Assembly: GCA_030141605.1 (NCBI GenBank)
Contig: JAQGDQ010000030.1
Span: 541,171 to 605,170 of the forward strand
DNA: 64,000 nt
Source of the DNA: Tubiluchus corallicola
Taxonomy: Eukaryota > Animalia > Priapulida
Direction of reading: 5' to 3'
Numbering within the stretch: the first letter of the stretch is position 1; every line of letters begins with the position of its first letter. Under the pieces are notes generated by a model. That model was not told the origin of the DNA and searched no databases. It saw only the letters and a program-made list of their open reading frames with translations. The position numbers were made by a program, and so were the translations under genes. This document shows, piece by piece, positions 1-14,400 of the stretch.

Positions 1-434
1 TCATTAATTATTAGATCAGAACAGCTGTTCACATCATCCTTAATCTATGGAATTAGTAAATTAGTAATTACTGTACAGTTCATGGGTGTTTCTATAAAAT
101 CCACTTGTTCAGGTGTACTTTTAAATGAGTGGTAAATGTAAGGAAAATATAACAATAATTACCTAACTCTTTAGGTTGCCCACTCAAACTATGTGTATGC
201 CCGCTAATTGTGACAAATGGGTTTGGTTAAAGTGACACAGGAATGGGGCTAAAATGGGTTCAATACTTGTACAGTAAATAATGAGTTTAATAATAGGTTC
301 AATGGCTTAACTATAATTCATGATGTATTGGCCATTCTTGTATTAGTTGTCATAATTAGATCTACTGAGATTTCCCGGGAACAAATCTTTCACAAACTAT
401 GCTTGAACAAAAGAATTATGATACCACTACATAC

Positions 435-1232
435 TTCAGCAACTCATTGACATTGTGCTCCTGCCCAAGAGTCAGGCCGGCACCTGCTTCCACAAGTTTG
501 CTTAAATTATTTATCTCTAACTTCAGAGCTTGGACAGTTTCCTTAGCTTTGACTTCTTTCTCATGAGCTGCATCAACCATTTTCCATGCTTTCTCGATCT
601 CCTGCTTTAGAGCCGAGATGGTAGCTTGATCTTCTTGACTTAGCTTGAGTGCTGTTTGAACCTAATAAAAAAAAGCATTCAAATTTATTTAAAAGCACCA
701 CCCTATAATGCTTCCCTTTTCTTTGCTATATGGCATCACATTATGTAAACTACACTGTTGCTTGCACTGTATTGCCACCTATTCAAATTTCAGCAATAAC
801 TTTCAATATTTTTTGCTAAATAACATTAAATAAATAATGATACTTGAATTTCTTAATAATTATAAAACAGTAAATAAGCACAGCTAAAGAAAATAATTAA
901 GCTTGTATAGCACTCTCTGTACTTATAATTTCATGGCTACATCAATATAAAGTAAACTATATTTACCTTTGTCGCATTGGACACTATTTCCGCATTTAGT
1001 TCTCGGCATCTCTGCATTAACCGTTGCTCACTATCATGTGATTTCACTAAAGCTTTGTGCAACTTCTCGTATTCTTTTTGAAACTTTTCTAAAGATTTGT
1101 CACCAGTTAGTTCCAAAATTGTTTCCTGAAATAGTCTCAATATGAAACATGTACGTTGACTTAGCTAGTATATATATATATATATATATATATATCATAT
1201 ATTATGTTATCTGTGCATAAATATAATATATA

Positions 1233-1280
<48 letters not shown>

Positions 1281-1653
1281 CCATCACTAACTGAAGTTTG
1301 ATAACTGATCATTTTATTGGGAATTAATTTGGGATAGGAGCAAACCGATAGCAAAAGCACTATTCAACAACAAATTGCACCTATTATTATAATAAATTTT
1401 TATAATGTGTTTTAATTACAAGGTATACCAGATAAAAATTTTTTAAACGAATTATTTACATAAGTAAAATAAGGTTAATTAATATAACTATATACTCGTG
1501 CAGTTAACTTGTGCAGTATTAGTTGCTGGGTTGACAACAGGGAACTATGATAACAACGAAACTCAAAACTCAGATGAGTTTACTTCATACTTGAAATTCT
1601 TTTTCAAGAGCTTCAAAAGTGTCATCATCAAATTGCTTTTTTTCTTCAGTCAT
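435..1653 (-). CDS. CFAP58: Cilia- and flagella-associated protein 58 (CCDC147), first three coding exons; gene continues beyond the window start
   Basis: Exons 1653-1591 (MTEEKKQFDDDTFEALEKEFQ), 1125-967 (ETILELTGDKSLEKFQKEYEKLH...CRELNAEIVSNATK), 661-435 (VQTALKLSQEDQATISALKQEIEKAWKMVDAAHEKE...). All GT-AG and in phase. Peptide matches the recalled CFAP58 N-terminus (GDKSLEKF, CRELNAEIV, LKLSQDDQ, EIEKAWKMVD). Confidence 0.93.
1168..1279. repeat. (TA)n microsatellite tracts in CFAP58 intron 1
   Basis: Two directly visible TA runs, about 1168-1195 and 1222-1279. Confidence 0.9.
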
Positions 1654-1826
1654 TGTTAAAACTGCTCTTTTTCTCTTAGCTGGTTTTAACACAATTTACT
1701 TTCAAACACTACAGTAACAACTTTTACAGCAAATCACTGCAAGTCACTGGCATTTTTAGTTTTCTGTTTAGCCCCTTCTGCCTCACTGTTGTTTCGAGTA
1801 TGTTGTTTCGAGGGACGCAGACGGCA

Positions 1827-1841
1827 GTTTCCAATAGCAAC
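1827..1841. promoter_or_regulatory. RFX X-box upstream of CFAP58
   Basis: GTTTCCAATAGCAAC fits the X-box pattern (GTNNCC-n-RGYAAC), about 175 bp upstream of the ATG of a ciliary gene, in a CpG-containing patch. A second X-box-like site GTTGCTAAGGAGAT lies at 2502-2515. Confidence 0.65.
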
Positions 1842-4807
1842 GTAGCATCGTACGCGATAATTAACGAAAATTAAATTTAAAAAAAATTAGCAGCTTGATT
1901 TTATGTACTGCTAAGAGTTGACGGTGAAATTAATTTGAGCTCTTTTTTATAAAAAGAATGTGCAGAAATTAAATATAATTAAAAATATATACATTCACAA
2001 CGTTTCTCATAACTCGAAAATCGTGAAAGTGCGCATTACAAAAAAACCGTTTGTTTCGAAGGAAGGCTTCGCATATTGTGATATATTTTACTGGTTGTAA
2101 ACGGATTCCCTAAAAATTATAAGACTACCGCACAGTCGTTATAATTATTCCCTATCAAGATTATGAATGGTGTCGTAATTAAATAATGTCATTTTGACAA
2201 CAAAGACATGGTATGGATTTGTCTGAGAAGAAATTTTCACTGTGCTCTTACTTAGATTTTCATTAAGCCATTTCACTGTTTTTATATTGCTTTTTCTTAC
2301 TAATATTAGTTTAAAGTCAGTTTACATAATAAGGAACAGTAGTTGTGTGTGCTGCCAATTAATTTTATCTGTTCATAAATTGTTCATGAATCTGAACGCC
2401 ATCGACTGTTCATCTGTGTTATATAAATAAGATTACGACTGTCATAATTATAATTAATAAAGCAGTTTTTGCAAATCTTGTCAAAGTACTCCGTGAAATT
2501 AGTTGCTAAGGAGATGCGTAAAAATTACAAGTAGACTTAGTTAGCTAGCGTGAATGCAAAAAGTCTGATGCAATATTGATTGTTATCCATGTCTACCACT
2601 CACACACAGAGCCACACAACCAAAGGTACAGCAGCATATTTTAGTTTTTTCCTTTTGAATCAGACAAGTGTACCCCGTTTGCTCAGGCTGAAAACTGTCA
2701 TTAGATAAAGTGCAGGATACCTGCTCTGTCATGTTGCTTCATGTCTGGTTTTGTTAATCATACCCAAGAATCCACTGTTCTTTTACAATTTTGTCCTTTG
2801 AAAAACAAAAAATGATCATTCTTTGTCAGCAGCATTATCTGAGTGACACAAGACAAGCTGACACTCTGGCAGTGAGACATTTAAAAAGCAGGAATGATCA
2901 GAAAACAGAAGATATAACCACGCTGCCATAATAAAGGAACACAACATGAGATATCAGCGATGTGCTTTGAATTATGTGTGGATAAAACTATGATTTGAGC
3001 TTAACATCTAAAATGTATTTGATGCTGCTTTAACTTTATATGCAATTATGAATATATACTTTAATATATCACGTTGTCATGGTCAGGGACACGATCATAC
3101 TATCTTTGGTAGGCTCTGATCAGAGGTGCTTCCTGATTGTCTAACATTGGGAGCCGGACACGTAAAATAATCAGGACACACTTAACTCACTAACTTTGTA
3201 CAAAAAGTAGATTTAATATACCTAATTAATGCTGAATTTCACTTTCAGTTATTTTTCTGAATTACATTTAAGTGTATTTAAGGTCACTTTCTTTGTTTTC
3301 TATTGCAAAAGGGTAATAAATTTCCAATTCATAAAATGCAAAAGATGCAATATTTAGTCAGAGCAATGCCAAAGTCATAGCAGTTGTTTGTGCCATAAAA
3401 ATTAACTGCAGTTTATATTTTGATCAACGCCTGCAACAACATTACAGACCATATTTAGTAAAACCAGACTTAAAAGAGTTTCGACATACTATTTAAAAAT
3501 CAATTATGTTAACTTATATTTTTGTGATTCGTGAATTTAGTTAACAGGAGACTTGAAAAAGTATGTCTGAGTAGTTGTAATTCCCACCTGTTGCTCTAGT
3601 TTATTTCATTTTGGAACAGTAAAGCAGCGTCTTGTAACTAGTAGTTACCACATAGTTGCAGCACACAGCATGGTTTAGCTAGTAATTTGTGCAGACATAC
3701 ACTAACATTTTTCTTTTAAAAAAACTGCATCTAGGTTGCTTTATATTTTTTAGGGAGTGTATGTTCTGTCTAATTCTCTTGTTAAACAATTTATTAATTT
3801 CATTAACTGCTGTTTCAAAATAAATAAATATCAAGTACATAGACAAGAAAAATATAGAGAAAGGGTGGCGAAAGAAACCATTATAGGTTGACAAATCAGC
3901 CATTTTTCTAGTTAAAGTCAACAGCACTTCTAGCTATAAATGGCAAAATAAATGGCTATCAACCTGAAAAGATGTATTGCTAAAATCATAGCAAGCTAAC
4001 AAATCATACTAGTTTTAAGTAAAGCGTGTTGTTTCTTGTGTTCTTACAAGTAGTGCGTTTAAACACTTGCAATGTTTTTAACTCAATCCTAGATGACAGA
4101 TAAAAAATTACTCGGTCATCACAGCAGCATCAATTTTCCCAATGCACAATCTACGCCATGTTGTTAGAAGCTACAGCAGGACAATGCACACAAGCGAGCT
4201 ATGTCTTATGCACACCATGGCAGCCTATTGTTCCTGTTAAGCTGTGGCCTGCTACTGTGTGTATGTCATTAGCGCACAAAAAATTCATGTTCAACTTTGC
4301 ATAAATAACATGTTCCGGTTGGATATTCCCTTAGCCATTTGAAGTTGTTGGCTGTTTTTGTTCAAGTGCTCAGATAATTTATTTAACGATTGGCCATCCC
4401 TGGCCAAGGGTCTGTTGTAACAACAGCATTTCGTGATATGGGACTGTTGTATCTAGGGTGAACATGACCTTAATAATACTACTGACTGCTTTTAAGAACA
4501 TTAGCAAGGCGTAAATGAGGGGGAAAGAATTTTTTCTCAGCTATTCCGAAAGCTCCTTTAGCTGTCAAATGCAGGATGTGATTTATGACCGTCCCTTTGC
4601 CTTTGACTAAGGTGGCACTGAACGGTATTCCTCCACATTTCCTAGCTGCAAAGGTTTTGATCAGCTCGTTGTTTCTCCCAAATTGGGCCTTGTGTTTTCG
4701 AAAATCAGTCTTTATAGTAACAGTAATATTAATTAGCAACTTAGTATTTGAATATTTTTAATGCTTAAGTTTTTTCCTTGCAGGCTTGCAGTTACTTAGT
4801 GAACAAC

Positions 4808-7186
4808 ATGACCGAAGTTCAAAAGGAAAAGTGGGAAATTCGTATTGCTCAAGCACTTTCATGTTTTATTGAGAAAAATATTGATAAAGATTTAGTAAGG
4901 TAAGCCTGCTATAAGTCTATGAATATATGTATAATTTATGCTACAGTCTTTGGCAAAAGTTAGAACCTGTTGGTCAAAGGATTCGACCCGAAATAGGTCT
5001 GGATGTTGTCCTTGTTCTTGTATTTCTTGTTGGGGATGACTTTTTGAAAAAAAGCCCAAGGCTCTAGGGATTTGCAATGGTTGTCATGAAACTTCACTTA
5101 AATACACTAAAATGATTCTGCATCAACTGGCAGAGTTGGTACGCCATTTTGAATTCAAGATGTGGCAGTAACATAATTTTCAATAAAAGAAAGGCCAAGC
5201 TCTGATTTGAAGTGGGTCGTTAGGAAACTTTATAAGAATGCACTAGTGCAAGTTCTGCATGGTTTGACGGAGTCACAGTTTTGTTTGCCATCTTGAATTC
5301 GAGATTGCCACCCGAGTTTTTAAAAAAATCTAAAAATGTAACTTGGAATGGTGAGCTGACAAGCCACTGGCACAACAGTGTCTAGTTTTTTCCTGGTGTG
5401 TTTAACTGTTTTGAGGTCAAATGTCTATCAACTCTTATATGTTTTTAGAATTATGCCTCCCCAATGTCCTATATAGACTTAATGGTCATATGATGATGAT
5501 AAAGCTTTTTAAATTCACAATGGATCATCATGAAAATTTACAGGAATATACTAGAAGGAACCCATATCGATCAATGGAATCAGATTATTTCCGATCCTCC
5601 ATTTTTAATTCAAGATGGTAGCGATAACGTTATCTTTGGAAAAGCCCTAAGACCAGGAGTGTACAAATTGCGGCCCGCGGGTCACTTGCAGCCAGCTGAG
5701 AGAATTTGTGCGGCCCGCGAAAAGATTTGTCAACCTAATGAAAGTGCGGCCCGGGCGATTAATTGAATGTACCCAGCTGAAGTCCGTGCCACGATCCCAA
5801 AGATAGTGCGGGTAGTTTTTTCTACTAGATCGGATGCCATTAACCCTTACAAGACAGTTGTAGCTTAATGTCACTGTACTACACAGACTGTGTGATACAC
5901 ATTACTAATATGCATTGTAATGAAATTACCACTATCTGTCCTGAAAGTAGAAATATATGGTTTGTAATATAAATTTTAATAACTTCTAAAATAGCTTCTT
6001 GAGTGCAGTAGTAATGTACGCAGGTCGGATGCAAAAAAAATGATTATTAGGCCTTTCTGTACTTGGCTCCTTGATCAAACTGCCTGTGGCCCGCAGGAAT
6101 TACGGCAAAGTTTAATGTGGCCCAGCTAGTCAGATAATTTGCACACCCCTGCCCTAAGACTGTGCCAATTTGCAGTGGATTAGAAATATACTAGAATGAA
6201 TTCCATATCGATGGACGAGTCGTATTTTTTGATCTGCCATTTTTATTTAAAAATGGTGTTAATAACACAAAGGTTCGTAATGAAACATTATAGGAATATA
6301 CTATAATGTATTCTAGATTGATTGACTTAGTCTGATTTTCAGTTTTGCTATCTTGATTCAGGATGGCAGTATTGGCATCATTTTCTAATATAGGACTTTG
6401 AGTTCAGTGTGTCCTTTGACCCATTGTTCGAGTCGAACTTGTTTATGTTCATATTTGTTTTAAAACTAAATAGTCACTGAGTGCTGATATATTATCGAGC
6501 TTTAGATTTTTTGCATGTATTGCTGTGCTTTTATTTCAGTGGGATAGACGACATAATCTTGAACTACATAGCTGGGATTCTGGATACTTTAGACACCAAC
6601 GAAGATGATAACTTTGACGTGGATCAGTTTGTTGAAATGTTGGATGCATACTTTCCGGGCTTTGCTCAACTAGACAAGTAAGATCAGTTGGCAAAATTTT
6701 CTTGTTTCTTTGATTTATGAAGTTATGAAGAAAATAAATTGTTATGAGCAAACTCCCTAACATAGCAGCTCCATCATAAATCATTCCCATGTTTTTTTGG
6801 ATGAGCCTTTTGCTTAAATTACTTTAAGTCTGGAAATAACCAATCGAGCTTTGATGCCAAACCAGTTAAGGGTTCTGGTGAGCTTCCCTTTCAGAGTATG
6901 CATTTGATCCAATTTTGAGAATTGTGCATGTTTACACTTTTTAAATGCAATTTCTACCTTGCAAACCATGCATTGAATTACAAATAAAAAGCCACAATGT
7001 AATAAGCTGTATAAATGCAATAATAAAAAATAGCATACAATAATATTAAGAAAAATCTATATGTGGACACAGAGACACACTAGCAACTGTAATTTTGTTC
7101 CTAGGGCAGATTGGCCATCAAAACGACAGGGTAATACCTGCCGTGATTGTCCGATGACCTCTTACTGATTCAACTAATCACTACGT

Positions 7187-7234
<48 letters not shown>

Positions 7235-8339
7235 TAATAATAATAATACAGTAGGCGCTGCTTAGTAGACTCACGGTTAATAGACTCTTTTGCTTAAATT
7301 GACTCAAAAACGCCTGGTCCTGGCCGCTTCTATTCAAATTCTATCGGTAACTGACTCGAATAACTCCGCATAATTGACTCAATATTTTTGGTTCACATGC
7401 TTCAATAAGACGCTTTCGTGAGACTAATAAGCTTTTATGACTTTTATATAATCTTAGTTCGCTTTGTCCTATAATATACGTAGAAAACAATCATGTTAAA
7501 TACAGTTTTGTGTGCAAGCAGGAACGTTTATCATATGTTAATATACTAGACTAATGGTTAACTTTGACCCCCGTCCACTGCAGTTGACCTCGTTACCCAA
7601 GAATTCCAGGAAGCTAAACATTTAATCACTTGCTTATCAGTTTATTTTTGAAGCTCTTTCCCAGAAAGTTTAATTAGTTTGCCCTTGCTGTTATGTCAGG
7701 GATGCAGGTACAGTACAATAAGTACGTCACGATAGCAAACGGGAGCTTACAGACGAGGTCTCTTGTAGGGAAATACGGTTCAACCAATAGTTCAGGCACG
7801 TATTTGTGTATCATACAACAACAGTTTTAAACGTTTTTATCATTATGAGAACTTTGTGATCCATCTTGTGAGCCAAGCACTAAGTATTTTACCAGAATTT
7901 GTGCATCATACAACAACAGATTTTCAAAGTTTTTATCATTATGAGAACTTTGTGAACCATCTTCTTCACGATAAAATGAAGCAGTCGACTTTCAAGGAAT
8001 TTTTGTAATTTTTTGCAAATAAACAGACTTGTGTGATTGTGAAAAATATAGTTTTTAATTTATCGCTAATTCACTTATATAAATTAATATTTTAAAATGT
8101 TTTTTCTAATTTTTAACTGCACTAAGAAATTTAAGCATTACTTTGTTTCTAAAATTCATTGAAAACCTTTGCAGTGCATGGTAAGCTGGTGACTCATACT
8201 TCTATATCTATACATCTGTATATATCTGTATATACATACTCATACTATACCAGTAACATTACACCCATCGGCTAATAGGTTCAATTAACTGGGTCAACGC
8301 ACTTCTGGTCCCAAATGAGTCTACTAAGCTTTGTCTACT

Positions 8340-8421
<82 letters not shown>

Positions 8422-11400
8422 TAATAATAATAAATAAACTCGATATTTTTTGCGGGATTCGTTTTTTAACTGTTTTGGTTTTATTCTGTTTCACTTGCCA
8501 TATTATGTTTATCAAAAAATAGTTTGATTTTCCGATTGGGTTTGTTTTGTTGCTATTGCGCTATCAGATAACATTGTATTTTGTCAGATTTGTTGGTATC
8601 TTGTGTGCGTCGATAGTTTCTCTCGTGATTAGTTTTTCAGTGAGAGGCCGTTGGATAATCCAGGTACTGCCTTATCATTTTAATGGCCAGTCCATTCTTG
8701 GAACAAAATCGTGTGTCCCTCTGTCTACATAGATTTTTCTTAATATTGCTGTTTGCCGTTTTTTATTATTACACTCATATATCATTGTGGCTATTTATTT
8801 GTAATTCTCTGCATAGTTTGCAATTTTTTTTTGTTTTAGTAGTGCCTTGTATTCTGGCATTTAATACAGTTACTTTGCTAATGTTATTGATTATGTAGTT
8901 ATATAACACAACTTATTTTAACAATTAAACCACCATATAAATGTTTACTTTATGCAAAACTGCAGGAAAAGAGCCCAGAAATACCGTTATTTAAAGTTTG
9001 ATGTTTGTTTTCATGTAATATATTAAGGCGAAATTAACATGCATGTAAATTCCTAGTTAGCAAACATACTAAATGAACTACTACTGTGTGTTTATTTCAG
9101 GAACAAAGTGTGCAAGTGGATGCATAGTCTTTCTGCAGAACTTTCTTCAAAATCAAATAAAACAAGTACTGGTCAGTATCTACATTTTTGTGTCTTATAT
9201 TTTTACTGATTAAAATATGTTTTTTGCTGGTGTGAAAATTATGACCATAATTTATTAATTACTTTTGAGATGCGTGCTTGTTTCTTCATTTGATTTGATT
9301 TTGTGTATTTGGCAACCAGTATAGTGTAGCCATTTTGTGCATTATTATGTTGCAGCGGAGACGAGTTTGGAATCACTATGGAGTCTAACTAGTCCAGTGT
9401 CATCACAATGTGCGACATCTGATGAGGCAAAAAGGCCAAACAGAACATGTAGTACATCTAGTGACAAAGAGAACCAAACTTTAGAAGAAAAACTGAAACA
9501 GGTGAAATAACTTTTTGTACATTCAACTTTTTTTGCCAGTTTTAGTTCATTAGTAATAGTTGTTTTTATTGAGTGAAAATATAAATTATCAAATCTGATA
9601 TTAATTTCCGGGGTCATTTAGCACCGTTATATTGAAGCTAATTCCATGCGTGTCTAGAAAATCTGCATATGCCATTGACCTAGCTGGATGTGAATGGGCC
9701 TGAACAGGAATAAACAAATTCGACTGTGAGACGGTTTTTGTATAAATCAAGAATTGTAAACAGTTCATCCTTACAATTGTAGGATTTGACTGTTTCATCT
9801 ACATCAGATTCCAAGGAGGTTTTCACTCACAAACAAGAACAGATTCTTTTGGAGATGTTTCCAGCTGCATGTTGTGCCGACGTGAAACGATGCTTGATGG
9901 TTGCCAAAGGTGATTTGGATGCAGCAACGCAACTTTTGTTGGCAGAAGCAGAGTGTGTTACAGCTCCAACGCAAGTAAGTTATTATCATTTTACTTGTGG
10001 ATGGTCAAAAATAAGATGACTGCTAATTGTTTGTAATTTCTAATCCAAAAAGTAAACTGACCATATTGTGAGAAATGAATGTAATGGAGAATAAACAACT
10101 GTTGCACATAGATAGGTCGTCAAAATTTATAGCTTGTTCGTCAAAATGATAGTGAATGTTCAAGGGTTCCTTTTGATGTAAGGTTATATTTGTTTTACTA
10201 ATGCGCAAAAATGGCAACAAGCATTTCCGTAACTATCCAGTGTTAAAAAAGAGAGCTCATTCTTCACTGATTAACTGTTAACAATTTTCTGACTCCTACG
10301 TTGAAATTCTTTTTTTAAAAGTGTAATTGTTAAGCTAATCTTATCTAGTTTGTGTTCTATTTTGAAACGTGATGACCTAGAGAAACCAGATGGCTTAGTG
10401 GTTATGGCGTCGGCCTTGTTAACCAAAGGTTCCTAGTTTAAATCCAGGCTGTCTTCCCACTTTTCACACTGCCTCTCTTTCGAGTTTGGTGTCATAGTTT
10501 AATTAGTTGTGGGTTTGTTATCATCACTTTTACAAAGTATTTTTACAACTGGGAATTTGATTTTCTCGTCTGAAGTTCTTTGTAGAAGAAGTGTGTTTTC
10601 TGTAATGTTTTAGATAAGGCAGTGGATATTCCAGTTATGCTGTAGAGCTAAACAACTTTGTTTAATGCTTTGTATAATGTTCGATACATTTAAATGTAAA
10701 ATTTAAAATGCATTAGCGTGGACTCTTGGTCACATATGTGATTTGTAATTTCTTCTTTGTCTTTCAGGCACAAAAGCCATGTGGTAAAAAGGCTCAAAAT
10801 GACTGTCAGAATGAAGATAAAAATTTGCGAGAACACATTATACAAAAGTAAGTTTGTAACTCTCGGGACAGAAGTTTAACACTGGTCCTCCAAGAAATTT
10901 TGCTAAATCTGCCCGGGGAACTGCAAAAGTTGTCTATACACCACCCGGGCCATTAAACTAAGCTTGTCATATTTACTACGTTTCCATATTAATAAAACCT
11001 TTGCTTTCTTGTCAATGTCAATGTCAATAGTTACACACTATTGTAATCTTTTCAGCATACTTTAAATTAATCTGATAGTCTAAGAAGCATCTAAATGCAA
11101 AAGACGCTGTCATTTTAATGTCATGCTTGTTGGCACATTTTAGAATTGAACCACTCTGCTTACTCGCTCACCAAACGAACCGTTTTAAAAATGCAAAAAT
11201 ACAAATGAAAACAGACTAATTAGGAATTTATTTGACTAAAATGTATATGGTTGACATTTCAATATTTTTCGCACAACATTCAACATGTAGATTGATTACT
11301 GGTTGTCAAAAACTCTGTTGTATTTGCTGCTTATGACGGTGTTGGATACAATTGCTTATCAGCCACACAGCATACATCTAGTGACATCTAATGCTCTTAC

Positions 11401-14400
11401 TGACAGGCATCAAATAAAAACATTGTCATTTGGCAGTTTTTGTGAAAATGGCCAGAATTAGGAATTTACTGTTAAATACAGATTAGACAGAAAAAACATA
11501 AGTAGGTGTAGAAAGAAAAATATGCTATGAGTAATGTTGTGAAAATGCTGTACAAAATGCTCTGTACACATTGAAAAATGCTGACAGGTGAATTTCTGTG
11601 GAGATTTGCTGTCCCATTTCTGGTATAAAAAATTGCTGAATCTACACTCTGACTATGTACGTTATATCCTAATCAATGTGCACTGGATAATTTTTATATC
11701 AGCCACTTGAATGAATATACTGAATCCTCACTTAGCAACATTTTGTTTTAAATACGTATGTTTTGTATTTATAGATTATTTTAGTGTGCTCTTTCAATTT
11801 TTTATTTCAAAAATAACATTTTTACCTAATTTGATGTACTAAACATTACTTCTTGCATTATTCTATTTTGAACAACCCTGCTAAATCCCTTTATACTTGT
11901 CATTTCGTCTCCACGTACCTGAGTACACCTTTATGAGAAGGAATTCTGCCAGCAACCAGTGTCTATGTGAAATTGTCCCAAGATTGCTTCTTACTTGTTT
12001 TTTTCATTGTTTCTGACCGCTAAACTTTCTACAGGTTTGAAAGATCACAAGAGAGAAACTGCTAACTAGGTATAGGTAACAAAGACATATTGTTTCAGCA
12101 TCCAGAAAGAAATTAAACAGTAGAAATGTGAATAAAGCTCATTAAACATTTAATTTAATATGAATTAAGCACTATTGGTCTTTTTACTCTTGGAACATAT
12201 CTCAATGCCTTTACATTAGTTTCTGTGGAAGTTGTGCTTCGTTTAACGATGTTTCGCTTAATATCGTGTTTGCTGGAATGCATTATCATCGTTAAGTGAG
12301 GACTAACTGTAGTTTATTTATGTTCATTCAAACAAACTTTCAGAACTCGAACTTAATATTGGCTTTCTTATATGTTGCGTGATGTGGAATAAACGAATCA
12401 TGACGAATCTTGAATCTTGAACCACTTAACATGTAGTCTAGAGTATAATCCACTTTTTCTTAATTTTTTCACCTTATTAGAAAGTTTTTTTTGTAGGATA
12501 ATGATGCACAATATTTAATAATGATGCATCCTGCTTCTTGTTTGGTTGGTTGCCTGGTAGGTTTGCTTGACAAGCAACTTCCACCAACACAAAGGCTATT
12601 GTTGATAACTACATGGTCTTTATTGCTTACGTTTCAGCGCATTATTGAGACCCAGGTTCTACAGAAAGAAATCAGAATGCAATTTCAAGTTTCAAACTAT
12701 ATTAATCACCACCACACATTTCAGTTCAAGTTTGTTTATCGTTTTTATAGTTTGTAATTTATAATTATTATCCATTACGTTTGATGCATGCTATACTTAG
12801 TTAAAAACATTTCTCAGAGGCATGCTGACCTTTTTTCAGGTATGCATATGTAGATCAAGATGATGATGCTAGAGAGCATAGGCCTCTACTACCAAAATAC
12901 GTAAGTTTTTGTTTAGTTCCCACTTCATGTATATCTAATAACGGTCTTATTCTGTTAAATTGATCAAAGTTGCGTGCGTAATTGATTCTGATGTCTTTAC
13001 GGGAAGTTTCTTAGTGAGTATTGCTTCTACAATTTTTTGCTAGAAAAATACAATTACCAGTTACTCATTTTGTCCACTTTTGAGAGTTCCTGTAATCCCA
13101 ATAGTTTCTGTATTTACAATCTGCTTTATTTGCTGATACATCCAACCACCAAATAAACGCTTACCATGATCAGGTCTACTACTGTAAATTTTCCGTGGCA
13201 GTATAAACGTAGAGAAGAATGATTCACTTTCCCAGCTGCCAAAACTTTTATAGTGCTGTGCAACCGAATGTGGTGGCTAACATATCTATGATTTTTTGCT
13301 TCTTTTTTAACAAAAACAGAAGTCTGTATTTTTCTTATTACTTGACATTCTATAGCCCTTCAGAAATCAGAACAATTTGTTTTGTCAAGATTTGCTATGG
13401 TGCACATGATGAAATATAATATAATGGTAAGTTTAAGAATTTGTTAAAAAAACTTCCTACCTTTAAATTCTACATAGTAGCAGATGGAGTAGAATAGGAT
13501 CATACTTAAAAAATCAGATTATTTCCATATTTTTCAAACATTGGGATGTAAAAATAAGGTGACTGTTGATATGAAAGGCATCAAATTTTATCACTTGCAA
13601 GAGAACGGTGATAACCGACCTTGTATTATAGCACGTCATTGTACGTGATGGTCCATCAAAAGGTTGAATTTCAGTTTATTCAAAATCGTTATTAATTTTA
13701 TATTTGTAGAACATATTTGTGTTAGTGTTTGGTGAAATGACACTGTTGTAGTTACCTTATATAAGCTAATTTCTTTTTCAATTCACTGTTGCCATGTCCA
13801 AGCTTACAGAGGTAATCTGGCGAATTGACAAATCTAATTTAGAGTTGATTGTAATGATGATCAAAAACACTTGACAACATTTGAAATAAGACGGAATTTT
13901 TATTAAAATACCAAGTTATTAGAAACGTTATCTAACGTTGCTATACCATGATAATCAGTCACACAAAAATCCACATCTGTTAAAAGTCAATAGTAAAAAA
14001 CGATAATTAAAACCTTCACTTAAAACAACAGTTTCTTGGGAATGTATATAATGTTATAATTAAAGTAAAATAAATTTCTTTCAAATTACAACAGTGCTGT
14101 TCAGTAGTTAAAGTATCATGTCATAACCAACTTGTTGCTACTGTGCTAATAAGTCTTTTAAGTTCATATAAAGTCTTTATAAAACAAAGTACTTCATGTT
14201 AACTGGTAAAAGCATTGTTAGAAAAATACCATATCCTTGGTTTGCACAGCAACTATTCTATATTATTGTAACACATGATATATAGACTACATTACTCATT
14301 AACTAACCATTGTATTGTTTATTGCTTTATGTTTTGTTTAAATTATTGTAGCATCTAATGATTTTTGTACGCTACTAACAAATTGAAAATTCTATTACGC

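Noticed and set aside
8324-8522. Poly-Ile ORFs on both strands
   Set aside because: Translations of the (AAT)n microsatellite.
10384-10455. Functional tRNA-Asn gene
   Set aside because: Acceptor and anticodon stems pair poorly and the B-box is degenerate; kept only as a SINE or pseudogene.
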